A DNA stretch of 64,000 bases from Magallana gigas. Its lineage: Eukaryota. The DNA is taken from the NCBI RefSeq assembly GCF_963853765.1, contig NC_088860.1, positions 2,914,001-2,978,000 of the forward strand. Direction: 5' to 3'. The position numbers and the translations under genes are program-made. This document shows positions 62,366 through 64,000 of this stretch, in pieces (position 1 is the first letter of the stretch; every line of letters starts with the position of its first letter). The notes beneath the pieces were generated by a model. It saw only the letters and a list, made by a program, of their open reading frames with translations, made no database searches and had not been told where the DNA came from.

Positions 62366-63248
62366 GATCAATCTGTGTCAATTTGACACTTGAAAAGGGA
62401 CTATTTTATAAAACCAATTTTAAACACTGTAGCGACTAAGACAGAAAAACATAAATAAAACTCGTTCCGGATACTAAATACGTTCCAGTTCCGGGAGATT
62501 CCTGTGGTTCAGTCCACTGTCTATACGATGCTCCTGTACAGTCAGTCGTAGTTTTGTGGTAATTACTGATCATTATTTCCTTTTATTCTATGCAACGGTA
62601 CATGCGTGTTGCATGTGACTGCATGATTGAAAACAAATGCATTGTTCAATATGTCAATGTAAGTGGTTCATGTGCTGCAATTTTACTATACATACACAGC
62701 ATAAAGGGACGTTTAAATACTATTACAAAGTACATATACGTCCTATCCAATATACTTTGTGTATTCGTCCTATACTATATACTTAGTATATACGTTCTTG
62801 CTACAGATACAGATCATTTATTTCTAATTCAGAGTCCAGAACAGACAAGTACATGACATATTATAATTACAAGAGAAAGACATGCCAATGAATAGTGTAA
62901 AAATTATTAAAGTACATAACAATTATAGAAATTTTGGAAATGTGCTTTAATTAACTGAAATATTTCTTTTCTTTGGTGATCATATTTTTCACAAGTAATC
63001 AAAAAATGATCGAGTTTCATCATCTACATGTATTCTGTCAAAATTACATCTATAACCAGAGACATAAATAACAAATGTTATTCTTGTCTCTGCTATTACA
63101 TAATCTATCTTCTCTAGGGATGTCGGTAAATCTTCCTACTTCACTTTGCAGCCTGTGACAGGAAATTCTTATTTTACATAGAGATTTCCTGTGATGGTAA
63201 GATAATGTTTAAACAAAAAATTTCTTTTTTAGATAAATGTTTTGAAAT

Positions 63249-64000
63249 ATGCCTTCGCATAAGAAAATAGTTCCAAAAAAGCGCCAGTCTCTACACGTAT
63301 GGAAACAGAAGGAGACTAAGGAGAATTCAACCAGAAAAAGTGATGATGTTTCACAGAAAACACACTGCTTTCTGTGCAATGAAGGTCTTATTGAAGTTCA
63401 TCCTGTTGGAAACAGTGAGACAACTGTAATACATGGATGTACAATTTGCCAGTTCCGATATTTAGGCATTAAAGATGGCGAGCTTGTGACTATGTACTGT
63501 ATCTACTGTTACCAGAACTTTAGCAATAGCAAAAACTTTCAGGAACATACTACGAAAGAACATTCTTGTTTTCTTAAAAATTCATCACCTGACAGTATAC
63601 GACTAACCAGACAGAATTCATGTGCCAGTGATACAACAACAGTTCTCTCTGACACAGAGGCGCCATCGGAAGAAAGCTCGCTGAAGAGAGACGACACGAT
63701 CATACTGGAAGTTCTGGATGATAATGTTACAAAATCTGATCAAGTCTTGATCACTGGATCTTCATCCATGGAAAGGATTCCTACTATTGATTTGCAAGCA
63801 TTGTGTCAGAACATTATTGGATCCCAGAGGTCTTCAATGGGTAAGCTTGCCAGTGATGATACCATTGACCGCATCCTCCCTGGGTTCAGCATGTCCCTCA
63901 TTAACCTTCTACAAGATGATCAGGTATTGGTGCTCAATGATCCAAAGCAAGGAGCATCATTCCAGATTCGAAGAACCCCAAGTTTGTCCACTCCTACTGT
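63249..64000 (+). CDS. Zinc-finger protein, 5' part (open frame runs off the window)
   Basis: ATG at 63249 starts a stop-free frame of 250 codons, MPSHKKIVPKKRQ (NLS-like). It has CFLC..CTIC pairs and a C2H2 motif YCIYCYQNFSNSKNFQEHTTKEH. It is not in the ORF track because it lacks a stop. Confidence 0.75.
   Translation, partial: MPSHKKIVPKKRQSLHVWKQKETKENSTRKSDDVSQKTHCFLCNEGLIEVHPVGNSETTVIHGCTICQFRYLGIKDGELVTMYCIYCYQNFSNSKNFQEHTTKEHSCFLKNSSPDSIRLTRQNSCASDTTTVLSDTEAPSEESSLKRDDTIILEVLDDNVTKSDQVLITGSSSMERIPTIDLQALCQNIIGSQRSSMGKLASDDTIDRILPGFSMSLINLLQDDQVLVLNDPKQGASFQIRRTPSLSTPT

Overview
AT-rich, intron-containing animal genomic DNA. The gene content and the Cg170/Helentron-type repeats suggest an oyster such as Crassostrea/Magallana; this is an inference. 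Genes reconstructed by hand from splice sites: an intronless RING-Bbox-Bbox-coiled-coil-propeller TRIM (+), TTC1 (+, 5 exons), a PWWP2-family gene (-, 2 exons), cyclin J (+, 4 exons), a MIEAP-domain protein (+, 7 exons), MARCH5 (-, 6 exons), BORCS7 (+, 5 short exons, absent from the ORF track), an intronless GLUT8/6-like sugar transporter (-), and a zinc-finger ORF running off the right edge. Introns and intergenic DNA carry Helentron/HINE-like satellite-bearing elements, nested MITEs, foldbacks, tRNA-derived SINE fragments and minisatellites. The most notable observations are: (1) a TTC1 exon/donor junction amplified into a minisatellite and then duplicated as a 776-bp block that creates a possible in-frame 99-nt cassette exon; (2) a deleted Mutator-like element with an 8-bp TSD inserted 19 bp upstream of the transporter ATG; (3) a TTC1-PWWP2-CCNJ gene order matching a vertebrate block; (4) a cluster of LC8/DYNLL-type motifs in the TRIM linker. 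No prokaryotic-type system such as CRISPR was found.
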